Assembly (NCBI GenBank): GCA_965209155.1 | Contig: OZ242383.1 | Coordinates: forward strand, 2,656,001-2,720,000 | DNA: 64,000 nucleotides | Direction: 5' to 3' | Origin: a bacterium | Lineage (GTDB): Bacteria; SAR324; NAC60-12 | In this document: positions 1 through 10,049 of the stretch, in pieces | Layout of the letters: each line of letters begins with the position of its first letter | Numbering within the stretch: the stretch's first letter is position 1 | Translations under genes and position numbers: made by a program | The notes under the pieces: model-generated | Databases searched by the model: none | Told to the model about the DNA's origin: nothing | Seen by the model: only the letters and a program-made list of their open reading frames with translations

Positions 1-959
1 ACACGGCCCATGAGACATATGAAGAAGCCCAGGAAGAAACGCTGAAGATGCTGGAAATCTATCGAAAATTTCAAGAGGAGTACTTAGCCATTCCAGTGAT
101 CAAGGGGCAAAAAACGGAATCTGAAAAATTTCCCGGCGCGGACGCGACCTATACGGTGGAAGCCATGATGCAGGATGGCAAAGCCTTGCAGGCTGGCACG
201 TCGCACAACATGCAGCAAAATTTCGCCAGGGCCTTCAATATTCAATTCCTGGGGCGCGACAATGAACGCCAATACGCCTACACGACCAGTTGGGGTTGTT
301 CAACCCGTATGATAGGTGGTCTGATCATGACGCACGGTGACGACGATGGCCTGATCATTCCTCCCCGGATTGCGCCGGTCGTGGTGGCGATTGTTCCCAT
401 TATCACGAAGGAAAAAGACAAATGTTCCGTCATCGAATTTGCCGAGACTCTGCGCAAGCTCCTTGCGGAGCGCATCGATCCGTTACGCATTAAAGTAGAC
501 CTTCGGGATATGCGCCCCAGCGACAAATTTTTCTACTGGATTCAGCAAGGGGTTCCTCTACGCATCGAAGTGGGACCCCGGGATGCGCAAAATAAGGTCG
601 GGGTGTTGGTCAGGCGTGACAACCGTCAAAAACAGGTAGTCCCGGTCGACTCGATTGCAGCAACGGTGATGACCACCCTGGAAGCCATACAAGGAGCCCT
701 CTACCAGACTGCCTTTCAATTTCATGAAGAAAACACCACGTCGGTGAGCAGCTACGGGGAATTCAAGGAAGCGTTGGAAGAAAAGGGAGGATTCATCCGA
801 GCGCACTGGAATGGATCGGCCGAAACGGAAGCGCGGATCAAGGAAGAAACAAAGGCTACTATCCGCTGTATCCCGTTGGAAGAAGATCCTCGACCCGGCC
901 CATGTTTCCTCACCAATGAGCCTTCTGAGCGGGAAGTGGTCTTTGCTATTGCTTACTGA
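1..959 (+). CDS. proS: Prolyl-tRNA synthetase, archaeal/eukaryotic-like type (5' part outside window)
   Basis: GQKTESEKFPGA, MQDGKALQAGTSH, TSWGCSTRMIGGLIMTHGDD motifs; anticodon-binding domain; C-terminal ATIRCIP...FAIAY; frame is open upstream of 48. Confidence 0.95.
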   Translation, partial: TAHETYEEAQEETLKMLEIYRKFQEEYLAIPVIKGQKTESEKFPGADATYTVEAMMQDGKALQAGTSHNMQQNFARAFNIQFLGRDNERQYAYTTSWGCSTRMIGGLIMTHGDDDGLIIPPRIAPVVVAIVPIITKEKDKCSVIEFAETLRKLLAERIDPLRIKVDLRDMRPSDKFFYWIQQGVPLRIEVGPRDAQNKVGVLVRRDNRQKQVVPVDSIAATVMTTLEAIQGALYQTAFQFHEENTTSVSSYGEFKEALEEKGGFIRAHWNGSAETEARIKEETKATIRCIPLEEDPRPGPCFLTNEPSEREVVFAIAY

Positions 960-2577
960 AGGTCGAAATCCGTCCTTTCTGGTGCAGGCGATTTTCGCCA
1001 TCCAATCGTCCTAAGGGATAGCGATCCAAGTCCACAAATTTTATATATTGAGCTAAAAGCGGATGGACCTCCTGCACTTTGCGGAATAGTTCTTGAGCTA
1101 CCCTGCGATAATTTTCGTGTCCTTGAGGTGTACTGCGTAATTCAATGAGCCATGTCAATGCTCTCAGGTTGATGCGCATGTACCAACGAATATTGTAAGA
1201 AAGCGGAACCACGTATTGGGCTTCAATGGGAAAGTCCACAGCAATGGTTTCGTAAGCATGCTCCGCTGCTCTCATGCCATCCCGGTAGGCTTTCGCAACT
1301 CCGGCAGCTTCTATTTCCGGCGGCATGTGGTAGCCTAAGCGCGTGGAAAGCAATTGCCGTTCCTGCGTGAGCATCCGGTGGCGTTGAAGGTCGCGATACA
1401 TACCATAGTCCCCCTGGATATCGAATGTGTAATATACCATTTCCAGTTCCCGGCCGGGTTTATGCCGGCGATTTTCCCGCAAGGCCACGCTGCACTGAAT
1501 GATTTTCTCTTTTTCTGTCGGAGAAAGGCGGTCCACGACTCTTCTGATTTGTGAAAGCGACTGGCTGGTATGGGGATAGAGCATCGCGGCGAGCAATTTG
1601 GTTTCCGCATCGGGATCATAATCGATCAATCGTACGGTTTCCGCATTTTGCACGGGCATCTCCGGCAAGTACGTCGCAGCCAATTCGCTGGCCAACTTCG
1701 TTGTTTTAAAGGAAAAGTCTCGATAACTTTTGAAGTGACGGTGCTGCCAGTGAGCACGGCGCACAAAGGAGGGTATGGTTTTGCGCAGTTCTGTGTAGGT
1801 TCCGTGGGCGGTCTCTCGCAATTCGGAGAGAGGGTAGGTTTGCAGTTTGGAAAGTAAGGCTTCGAAAAAACGACCATTGCCAAAAATCCCCATGTTGGTC
1901 AAAGTAGAGGCTGGCAAAAGTCCACGGATGACATCGAATACTTTGGCACGAACCGAACGATTGTAAGATCCCTCATCCATGCTCTCTTCTCGTGGCATCC
2001 AATGCCGGACATAAGTACTGACGGGTTCAAAAAGACTGGCGTAGGTGTCGAACAAGTTTCGATTGGTTTCCAAGTAGAGGGATCTGTGGGAGGAATTCAG
2101 TAGTTTCGGGTCTTTGTAGTACAAATAGTCATCGCCGGCTTTTTTACTGAAAGTCACATAGCGAGTTGATTTTTCCAGGGGGGAGCCTCCAATACGGGCA
2201 TCCTGAATGTGTTTGGTGGCCAGGATTGATATGTTTTCGATGGCCAGGTGCGCGCCTCCCAATTCTCCTATCGAATCATCACCGTAGCCATCCAATATGC
2301 GATCATAGAAGTCCTGAGCTCGTTCGATGGCCAATGCATCTTCGTTCCATTCCTCAATTTTACTCCGGATTTTCTGGAGGGCGGAATCCCTGTTTTGAAT
2401 GAATTCTTTGAGCAAAAGGCGTCTCAGCCCCAGGGTGGAGCGTGAATAGCGGGAAAATAAAGCTCCCTTTATCACCTCGGGAAGGTTTTTCAATACGAAA
2501 ATGGATTGATCAGTATTGGTCACGTAAGGAGCAAGTAAAGCTTGTTCCTCAGGAGTGAATTGCTCGTGTGTCCGCAT
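946..2577 (-). CDS. thyX: FAD-dependent thymidylate synthase, long two-domain form
   Basis: 543 aa; GALFSRYSRS, GYGDDSIGEL, SPLEKSTRY and RDLQRHRMLTQERQ motifs. Confidence 0.88.
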   Translation of the reverse strand: MRTHEQFTPEEQALLAPYVTNTDQSIFVLKNLPEVIKGALFSRYSRSTLGLRRLLLKEFIQNRDSALQKIRSKIEEWNEDALAIERAQDFYDRILDGYGDDSIGELGGAHLAIENISILATKHIQDARIGGSPLEKSTRYVTFSKKAGDDYLYYKDPKLLNSSHRSLYLETNRNLFDTYASLFEPVSTYVRHWMPREESMDEGSYNRSVRAKVFDVIRGLLPASTLTNMGIFGNGRFFEALLSKLQTYPLSELRETAHGTYTELRKTIPSFVRRAHWQHRHFKSYRDFSFKTTKLASELAATYLPEMPVQNAETVRLIDYDPDAETKLLAAMLYPHTSQSLSQIRRVVDRLSPTEKEKIIQCSVALRENRRHKPGRELEMVYYTFDIQGDYGMYRDLQRHRMLTQERQLLSTRLGYHMPPEIEAAGVAKAYRDGMRAAEHAYETIAVDFPIEAQYVVPLSYNIRWYMRINLRALTWLIELRSTPQGHENYRRVAQELFRKVQEVHPLLAQYIKFVDLDRYPLGRLDGENRLHQKGRISTFSKQ

Positions 2578-2597
2578 GAACCGGTTCAGAACATCGA

Positions 2598-3167
2598 TCA
2601 GGTGGTAGGAATACCATGCGAATTGGGCAGCGCTTCCTCTGTCTTGGGAAGCGGAATGTTGGTATATTTGGTTTCCTGGTTGGGTTTGTAGGTATCCTTC
2701 AACAAATCACGAGTATAATCAAAACGATCGCGTGAAGAGTAAGCCATGGCGATGACGCCGGTATCCATGCGGATTGCCTCTTTCGGGCAGGCCTCCACGC
2801 ACAGTCCGCAAAAAATACAACGCAATTCATCGATGTCGAAGACCACCGGATATTTTTCAATCGATAAATCCGGATGATCGCCTGATTCGATATAGATACA
2901 CTGGGCGGGACAAATCGTTTCACACATGTAACAAGCGACGCATTTGATGAAACCATCTTCCCGTCTCGTCAAGCGATGTCTTCCCCTCCATCGCGGAGAT
3001 ACCGGACGTTGTTCCTCGGGATACTGGATCGTCACCACGTCTTTGGCACCAAACAAATTTCTTAAGAAATGACGTATGGTCAAACGCAGACCATTTAAAA
3101 TGGCGATCAGGTAAACGGCTTCCTGAATACCGTCAACGCGTTTTACGGTTTTTACTTTGAATTCCAT
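2598..3167 (-). CDS. nuoI: NADH-quinone oxidoreductase subunit I
   Basis: TIQYPEE...RGRHRL and two CxxCxxCxxxCP 4Fe-4S motifs. Confidence 0.95.
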   Translation of the reverse strand: MEFKVKTVKRVDGIQEAVYLIAILNGLRLTIRHFLRNLFGAKDVVTIQYPEEQRPVSPRWRGRHRLTRREDGFIKCVACYMCETICPAQCIYIESGDHPDLSIEKYPVVFDIDELRCIFCGLCVEACPKEAIRMDTGVIAMAYSSRDRFDYTRDLLKDTYKPNQETKYTNIPLPKTEEALPNSHGIPTT

Positions 3168-3219
3168 GATTTATGCTCGTTCGTATTGGAAAAGAGAAGA
3201 TACGCTTACATCAAAAAGT

Positions 3220-4302
3220 TCAATTGACCGCCAGGATAATGACGGCGGTGACCAGTACGTTCCCTAAAGAAAGCGGTAGTAATTTTTTCCACCCCAAGGC
3301 CATGGTTTGATCAAAACGGAACTTGGGAATCGTCCAACGTATTTGCAACTGCAGCCAACAGAAAAGAATTGTGAGTATGGAAAATTTGCTGATTTGCAAC
3401 AACGTGATGAGCCATTGGGGAGCGCTTTCCCACAAATGAATCCAGGGAATGTGGTAGCCTCCCAGAAACAGTGTCACCATCAAGACCGCAACCCCGACCA
3501 CGGCGACATATTCCGCCAACATGAAGGCCGCAAAACGCATTCCCGAATATTCCAGGAAATAACCCGCTACGATTTCCGATTCTCCCTCCGGAGCATCAAA
3601 TGGCGCGCGTTTGGTTTCGGCAATCATGGCAACAAAAAAAAGCACGAACCCCAAAGGTTGCGTAAAAATCCCCCATTTGGGAATTAAATCGCCAAACCAA
3701 TAGGTGTTTTGCCCATCCACAATCACGCTGATTTGAGTCGACTCGTAAACCATGAATATTCCCAGCAAGGAAAGACCGATGAAGACTTCGTAGGACAACA
3801 TTTGAGAAGAGGCCCGGGTTCCTCCGAGCAGGGCGAATTTGCTATTGGAACTCGCGCCGGCCAAAACGGAACCATAGACGCCGAGCGAAGTGATTGCGAA
3901 GATATAGAGGAGACCGGGTTCCACGTCGGTTATTTGAAAGGTGAAATCCCCGATGGGACCGGCAAAAGGAATGATGGCAAAAGTCGCCATACCGGCAGCA
4001 AAGCCAAAGTAAGGAGCAATCGTAAATAAAAAACGATCTGCACCTTGCGGGATGAAATCTTCTTTAAAAAAAGATTTCAATCCGTCTGCAGCGATATGCA
4101 CCGCACCGCGTCCTCGAAAATTGTCCAGAAAAGGAATATTGGCCCTATTGGGCCCCACACGATCCTGAATCATGGCGCTCCATTTGCGCTCCATCAGCGT
4201 CAGAACCGTGGCCAGGGGCATGACGAACAGAAAAATGATGACGACGATTTTGAGAATCGTCTGGACTATAGGAATCAGAAGGATGCTGATTATGACGCTC
4301 AT
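3220..4302 (-). CDS. nuoH: NADH-quinone oxidoreductase subunit H
   Basis: ERKWSAMIQDRVGPNR, AETKRAPFDAPEGESEIVAGY, hydrophobic helices. Confidence 0.95.
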   Translation of the reverse strand: MSVIISILLIPIVQTILKIVVIIFLFVMPLATVLTLMERKWSAMIQDRVGPNRANIPFLDNFRGRGAVHIAADGLKSFFKEDFIPQGADRFLFTIAPYFGFAAGMATFAIIPFAGPIGDFTFQITDVEPGLLYIFAITSLGVYGSVLAGASSNSKFALLGGTRASSQMLSYEVFIGLSLLGIFMVYESTQISVIVDGQNTYWFGDLIPKWGIFTQPLGFVLFFVAMIAETKRAPFDAPEGESEIVAGYFLEYSGMRFAAFMLAEYVAVVGVAVLMVTLFLGGYHIPWIHLWESAPQWLITLLQISKFSILTILFCWLQLQIRWTIPKFRFDQTMALGWKKLLPLSLGNVLVTAVIILAVN

Positions 4303-4403
4303 ACGAAATAAAATCTCCCACGCTTATTTTGAAACGATTGGGCAGGAATCCTCGAAAACCGAGAACAAAGTGATTCCACCCTTCCATAGTGAAAAACATG
4401 CAG

Positions 4404-5624
4404 TCAGCGGTCCAGTTCTCCTCCAATCATATTGACGGACCCGAATATAGGTACGATATCCGCAACGTATTCGCCCTTACACATGTGTGGCATCGCAGCG
4501 ACGTAGTTGAAACAGGGTGGGCGGACGCGGCACTTGACGGGTTGACCGGAACCATCGGAAACCAGGTAGTATCCGAGTTCACCGTTTCCTCCTTCCGTGG
4601 GCATATAAACCTCTCCTGCCGGAGGAAGATGCCCTTCCATCACGATTTTAAAATGGTCAATCAAACCTTCGATGTCGCCAAACACCTGTTTCTTATCCGG
4701 TAGAGAGAGTCGGCGGTCGTCGACTGCGATCGGACCTGCAGGCATTTTGTCAGAGGCTTGTTCAATGATGGAAATGCTTTGCCACATTTCCTCCATGCGT
4801 ACCAGGTATCGATCAAAGCAATCTCCCACGGTGCCTACCGGGATTTCAAAATCCAGTTCGTCGTAGACCGAATAACTGTCTGCGCGACGAACGTCATAGG
4901 GAACGCCACAAGCCCGTAACATGGGACCCGTAAAGCCAAAAGATATTGCGTCTTCCTTTGAGATGGTTCCCACGTCCTTGACCCGGTCGATAAAAATTTT
5001 ATTGCGGGTCAACAAAGCATCGCATTCCCTTAAAATCCCTTTGATTTCTGCCAGCCGTTTGTCCAACTCTTGTAGAAATCCGTCAGGTATATCCGTGGCG
5101 TTTCCCCCAAATCGGGTCCAATTGGTAGTCAGACGGGCCCCTGTGACTTGCTCTACCAACTCCCACAGGTACTCTCGCGCTTTGATGAACCAAAGAAAAA
5201 ACGTGAACGCGCCCACTTCCATAGCAGCTGCGCCTACGCATGTCAGGTGGTCGGTAATACGCGAAATTTCGCCCATGATGACGCGGGTGAACTGGGCACG
5301 TCGAGGTGCTTCCACCCCGAATAGTTTTTCCACTCCCTCGGCAAATCCAATGTTGCAAAGGAGAGGGGAGACATAATTCAGGCGATCCGTGTAGGGTGTG
5401 ATCTGGATCCACTTGGAATTTTCTGACTCTTTCTCAAACCCCCGGTGCAGGTAACCTATATCCGGCACCATATCGACAATCTCTTCTCCATCGATCCAGG
5501 TTGTGAAGCGCACGATACCATGCATCGCCGGGTGGGCTGGTCCGATTTCGATCATCATCGTGGAAGCATCTGCTTGCTCTTGTGGATTTTCAGGAGGAAT
5601 TTGGTGATGCAATGCTTCTTCCAT
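4404..5624 (-). CDS. nuoD: NADH-quinone oxidoreductase subunit D
   Basis: GPAHPAMHG, IGYLHRGFEK, YTDRLNY, C-terminal GELDR. Confidence 0.95.
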   Translation of the reverse strand: MEEALHHQIPPENPQEQADASTMMIEIGPAHPAMHGIVRFTTWIDGEEIVDMVPDIGYLHRGFEKESENSKWIQITPYTDRLNYVSPLLCNIGFAEGVEKLFGVEAPRRAQFTRVIMGEISRITDHLTCVGAAAMEVGAFTFFLWFIKAREYLWELVEQVTGARLTTNWTRFGGNATDIPDGFLQELDKRLAEIKGILRECDALLTRNKIFIDRVKDVGTISKEDAISFGFTGPMLRACGVPYDVRRADSYSVYDELDFEIPVGTVGDCFDRYLVRMEEMWQSISIIEQASDKMPAGPIAVDDRRLSLPDKKQVFGDIEGLIDHFKIVMEGHLPPAGEVYMPTEGGNGELGYYLVSDGSGQPVKCRVRPPCFNYVAAMPHMCKGEYVADIVPIFGSVNMIGGELDR

Positions 5625-6151
5625 TAAGACCTTTTGTAATCGTGACGTTCATGGACGACCCGCATTTCAACCAGCGGTTGCTCTTTATCCGTGGGATAAT
5701 CTTTGCGAAGCGGGAATCCCTCAAATTCAGGATACATGAGAATCCGTTTCAAATTGGGGTGATTTTTAAAGACGATGCCATACATATCATAACATTCCCT
5801 TTCATACCAATCCACGGACCGCCACAACGAGTGAATCGAATCGATTTCGCACGAATCCTCCGGGACACGTACTTTCAGCCGTAAACGGTGATTCAGGCTG
5901 AGTGATTTAAAATGATAAACAATCTCGAATCGTGGCTGCTCATTAAGATAATCCACGGCAGTCAAATCGACCATCATCTCCATCTTGCAACGTTCGTCGT
6001 CTCTTAAGAATTGACATACCGGAAAAATTTGATTGTGTTCAATCAAAACCGTTTCATCCCCACGGTGTTTATGAGAATCCTGCACGGTCCCGGGAAATTG
6101 CTCATTCAATAACTGAGAGAGAATTCCCATTTCTTGCGATGTGGTGGACAT
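5624..6151 (-). CDS. nuoC: NADH-quinone oxidoreductase subunit C
   Basis: DLTAVDY, DWYERECYDMYGI, PLRKDYP. Confidence 0.95.
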   Translation of the reverse strand: MSTTSQEMGILSQLLNEQFPGTVQDSHKHRGDETVLIEHNQIFPVCQFLRDDERCKMEMMVDLTAVDYLNEQPRFEIVYHFKSLSLNHRLRLKVRVPEDSCEIDSIHSLWRSVDWYERECYDMYGIVFKNHPNLKRILMYPEFEGFPLRKDYPTDKEQPLVEMRVVHERHDYKRS

Positions 6152-6171
6152 AGTGACAATTTGGAACTTAA

Positions 6172-6738
6172 TTAACGGCTGAGCATGAGGGTTTCTTTTA
6201 CTTCTTCCGGATTTTTCCTGGATGCGTAGCGGGGAGGGGCGTCCTGCAAGGGATTGATACCGCTAAAGCCACGCGGACCTTTTGCCTGGATGCGATTTTG
6301 CAACTCGATGATGGCATCGAGCACCGCCTCGGGGCGGGGTGGACATCCGGCAATATATGTATCCACCGGAACGATCCGGTCAATTCCCTGCACTACGGAG
6401 TAGTTTTGATAAAATCCTCCTGACGCGGCGCATGCGCCAAATGCGACCACCCATTTGGGATGGGGCATTTGTTCATAAATTGTTTTCAGAATCGGTGCCA
6501 TTTTGTGCGTGATAGTTCCCACGACAAACAATAAATCCGCTTGCCGGGGGGAAAATCGAGGAATTTCCGCACCAAAGCGGGAGATATCATAATGAGAACA
6601 CGCCGACGCCATGTATTCCATACCACAACATGCCGTTACGAAAGGATAGTTGAAGAGTGAAAATTTTCGGGACCAATTGATTACCGAGTCCACGGTGGTG
6701 GCCATAAATCCATCTTGAAATTGTGTTTCTACTCCCAT
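6172..6738 (-). CDS. nuoB: NADH-quinone oxidoreductase subunit B
   Basis: TACCGME, SPRQADL, GACAASGG, GCPPRPEA; start placed at MGVETQ (6738), overlapping the nuoA end. Confidence 0.93.
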   Translation of the reverse strand: MGVETQFQDGFMATTVDSVINWSRKFSLFNYPFVTACCGMEYMASACSHYDISRFGAEIPRFSPRQADLLFVVGTITHKMAPILKTIYEQMPHPKWVVAFGACAASGGFYQNYSVVQGIDRIVPVDTYIAGCPPRPEAVLDAIIELQNRIQAKGPRGFSGINPLQDAPPRYASRKNPEEVKETLMLSR

Positions 6739-7088
6739 TCCAATGCTCCTTTTTTCCAAACGTAAACCAAGCCAATCAGCAAAAGCGCGATAAAGACAAA
6801 ACACTCTGCAAAGCCAAACCATCCCATTTCCCGAAACTTCACCGCCCAAGGATAGAGAAAGACGATTTCCACATCAAAAATCAAGAAAATAAGGGCGGTC
6901 ATATAAAATTTCACGTCATAACGCTGTCCCACTAACCCCTGCGAGGCCAAACCACTTTCAAAGGGCAATTCTTTTTGTATTCCTCTTCGCTTTGGACCCA
7001 ACAAAATTCCGGCAAGGGTAAATATGGTCGCGAACACCAATCCCAGCACAATCAAAATCAGGATAGGCAAATACTCCGTGGCGATCAT
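6729..7088 (-). CDS. nuoA: NADH-quinone oxidoreductase subunit A
   Basis: PFESG, FYMTALIFLIFDVEIVFLYPWA, KKGALEW; GAGGA upstream of ATG 7088. Confidence 0.95.
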   Translation of the reverse strand: MIATEYLPILILIVLGLVFATIFTLAGILLGPKRRGIQKELPFESGLASQGLVGQRYDVKFYMTALIFLIFDVEIVFLYPWAVKFREMGWFGFAECFVFIALLLIGLVYVWKKGALEWE

Positions 7089-7336
7089 CCGATGTTCCTC
7101 TTGTAACAAATTGAAGGGATATCCTTCAGCGTGTCATTCCAACTCCAATATCCTTTTTGGAAATCTTAAAAAGACTTTATCCCATCGAACGCAGCGATTG
7201 TCAACTCATTTGCATGCATTTATTAAAATTTTTTCTTCAATGCTTGCAGGTGTATCTTAACCTTAACAAAAAGGCTCTTGACAAATTTCGAGGGAAAGGT
7301 AGCTTGAGTTCTTTTTTATTTATAAGGAGAGAAACT

Positions 7337-8257
7337 ATGAAATTCGGAACTCAACTCAATATTTACCGCACCCAATGGGAAGAAATTCATCCCTATATCC
7401 TGGCGATGGAGGCAGGGCGATGGCACAGCCTGTGGTTGCCTGACCATTTCCTGCCTCCGGTTTCCGTGGGGATTCCCCGTGAGCAGGATGAGCTCAACCC
7501 GGCCTATGAAGCGTTCATTCCGCTGGCGGTGGTCGCAGGAATGACGAAACGAATCAAACTGGGCAGTTTGGTGTTGGGAAATCCCTACCGCAATCCGGCG
7601 CTGGTAGCCAAAATGGCTGCCGAACTCGATCAGGCTTCCAAAGGCCGCTTCATCCTGGGGATCGGAGCAGGTTGGTTCGAGCGCGAACACCAGGCTTACG
7701 GTTGGGATTTTCCATCCATGAAAGAAAGGCATGACCGGTTGGATGAGGCCTGTGAATTGATCCGCAGACTTTTTACCGAGCAAGAGCCCGTGGATTTCCG
7801 GGGCCAGTATTATCGACTGGTGCGGGCCCCGCTTTCCCCCTCATGTTATCAATCGCCTCATGTCCCCATTATGATTGGTGGCAACGGAGAACGTCGTACC
7901 TTGCGCACCCTGGTGAAGTATGGCGATATCTACAATTTCAACGGGTGGCATGGGATGGATGTCGATGTGTTCAAGCGCAAGCTCAACGTGATCGCGCGGC
8001 ATTGCGAAGATTTCGACCGGGATCCGGCAGAGATCAAAGTTACGGTGCACTTCCCGATGCGACTCGCTGAAACCGAAACGGAACAGGAACGCATCCGCCA
8101 GGAAAATCCGGGCTGGGTGGTTGGTTCGCGTAATTTCCAAATTGATTTGATCGGAGAGTTCGAGAAAGCAGGAGCCGAGGAAATGTGCTGCGCCATATTC
8201 GGCAATATTGAAGAGTTGCAACGTGTGGATGAAGAGATCATTGCGGCTTTTGAATAA
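7337..8257 (+). CDS. LLM-class (luciferase-like, probably F420-dependent) oxidoreductase
   Basis: WLPDHF, LGSLVLGNPYRNPALVAKMAAELD, GIGAGWFEREH; AAGGAG before ATG 7337. Confidence 0.85.
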   Translation: MKFGTQLNIYRTQWEEIHPYILAMEAGRWHSLWLPDHFLPPVSVGIPREQDELNPAYEAFIPLAVVAGMTKRIKLGSLVLGNPYRNPALVAKMAAELDQASKGRFILGIGAGWFEREHQAYGWDFPSMKERHDRLDEACELIRRLFTEQEPVDFRGQYYRLVRAPLSPSCYQSPHVPIMIGGNGERRTLRTLVKYGDIYNFNGWHGMDVDVFKRKLNVIARHCEDFDRDPAEIKVTVHFPMRLAETETEQERIRQENPGWVVGSRNFQIDLIGEFEKAGAEEMCCAIFGNIEELQRVDEEIIAAFE

Positions 8258-8351
8258 AGATTGAATTCCTCGCCACCTTCAACTAATGCTACTGGTGAAT
8301 GAGCTGAAGTAGCCTTCCTTCTTTTCGATTTCCGCTATTTGAAAGGTACTG

Positions 8352-9782
8352 ATGGCAGATAAAGCCTTATATTTTCAAAGTATCAGAGAACTGGCAGGAC
8401 AAATCCAGTCTGGTATTCTCTCCCCTGTGGTTCTCACAGAGGCCTTACTGGACCGTATTGACAAGCTAAACCCACAATTGCATGCCTTTAAAGTTGTGAT
8501 GCATGAACAGGCGCTGGCGCAAGCCGAGGCGGCCGAAAAAGCAATCAAAATCGGTAACTATCTCGGTCCCTTGCATGGTATCCCCTATGCGGCCAAGGAC
8601 CTGTTCGACGTCAAGGGATTGCCCACTGCAGCCGGTAGTTCTCTGCTGGAAAACAACGTTCCATCGGAAGACGCGACGGTCATCCGTCGTTTGAAAGAAG
8701 CCGGCGCGGTGTTGATCGGGAAAACTCATACCGTACAATTCGCATTTGGTGGAGTGGGAATCAATCATGATCAGGGGACCCCTCTCAATCCCTGGCATGA
8801 CACTCCTCATGCTCCTGGAGGGTCCAGCAGCGGGAGCGCCGTTGCGGTCTCTTCCGGTATGGCTCCCATGGGTCTGGGAAGCGATACCGGAGGTTCGGTA
8901 AGGATCCCCGCCTCTCTTTGTGGGATAGTCGGTTTGAAAACGACGTTGGGTCGCGTCAGCCGCAAGGGTGTCTATCCGCTCAGTTGGAGTTTGGACAGTG
9001 TCGGACCTCTGGCCAGGACTGTCGAGGACTGCGCGCTAGCGTATCAGGCGATGCAAGGTGTCGATGAAGATGGAGATGAAACCACCCTGGGGCAAACACC
9101 CCACGATGTCATGAGCGACTTGAAACGAGGGGTGAATAATCTGCGTGTTTTTTTTGCGGAGTCGGTATTCTGGGATGACGTCGATTGCGAAGTGGTCGAA
9201 GCCGTGAGGGCTAGCGGAGAGGTGTTCCGTTCACAAGGAGCCATAGTGGAAAGCAGGGAGTTCCTGGAAGCGAGGGAAGCGCATACGCTCAATTCTCGCG
9301 GAGTCGTTGCCGCGGAAGGCTATGCTTTTAATCGTCAATGGGTGGACAATTATGAGAAACAACTCGATCCGGTAGTCAGCACGAGGTTAGTGATTGGTCG
9401 GAAAGTGAGCGCTTTTGAATATTTCGAAATCACTCGCAAATGGGCAGCGTTGCGCCGGAAGGTTAAGCATACTCTCGCTGACGTGGATGCCTTGATAGTC
9501 CCGAGCACGGCGATTCCAGCTATGCCGTTGGAAGCAATCGATCAGGATTTTCAAACCTACTCCCATTACAATCTCCTTTACCTGCGCAACACCACGATCG
9601 GCAATATTTTGAACTTGTGCGCCATATCCGTTCCTTGCGGTCACACTAAAAAAGGATCGCCTGTTGGATTGATGATTTATGCCAAACCATTCCAGGAAGA
9701 AATGGCCTTGCGCATTGCTTATGCATTTGAACAGGCCTCCCCTCTTCTGCCTATGCAGCCCACACTCGACTGGCTTTCCTGA
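8352..9782 (+). CDS. Amidase-signature family enzyme (GatA-like)
   Basis: GPLHGIPYAAKD, PGGSSSGSAVAV, GSDTGGSVRIPAS; no gatC/gatB neighbours. Confidence 0.9.
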   Translation: MADKALYFQSIRELAGQIQSGILSPVVLTEALLDRIDKLNPQLHAFKVVMHEQALAQAEAAEKAIKIGNYLGPLHGIPYAAKDLFDVKGLPTAAGSSLLENNVPSEDATVIRRLKEAGAVLIGKTHTVQFAFGGVGINHDQGTPLNPWHDTPHAPGGSSSGSAVAVSSGMAPMGLGSDTGGSVRIPASLCGIVGLKTTLGRVSRKGVYPLSWSLDSVGPLARTVEDCALAYQAMQGVDEDGDETTLGQTPHDVMSDLKRGVNNLRVFFAESVFWDDVDCEVVEAVRASGEVFRSQGAIVESREFLEAREAHTLNSRGVVAAEGYAFNRQWVDNYEKQLDPVVSTRLVIGRKVSAFEYFEITRKWAALRRKVKHTLADVDALIVPSTAIPAMPLEAIDQDFQTYSHYNLLYLRNTTIGNILNLCAISVPCGHTKKGSPVGLMIYAKPFQEEMALRIAYAFEQASPLLPMQPTLDWLS

Positions 9783-10049
9783 TAAATTGGATTGAAACGG
9801 ATTTGACATGGAAATAACGCCTTGGATTGACTTGCTTGTTTCCAGCAGAATTTTTTATTCTTTGAACTCAAAATGTTTTTAGACCGAGTGAAATCGATTG
9901 AGAGGCTCTTTTCAGTGGGTCAACTAAAGCAGAGTGTCCTTTTCGGCCGGTGATGATGACCTTTAGTAAATTAACATGGTATAAATAAACTCGGGGTCGT
10001 TGACTCCGGTGACGTCCCACAATATCCAAAATTCAGGTAGAGAAAAAAG

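Noticed and set aside
8352..9782. gatA assignment
   Set aside because: No gatC/gatB linkage, and only generic amidase motifs are present
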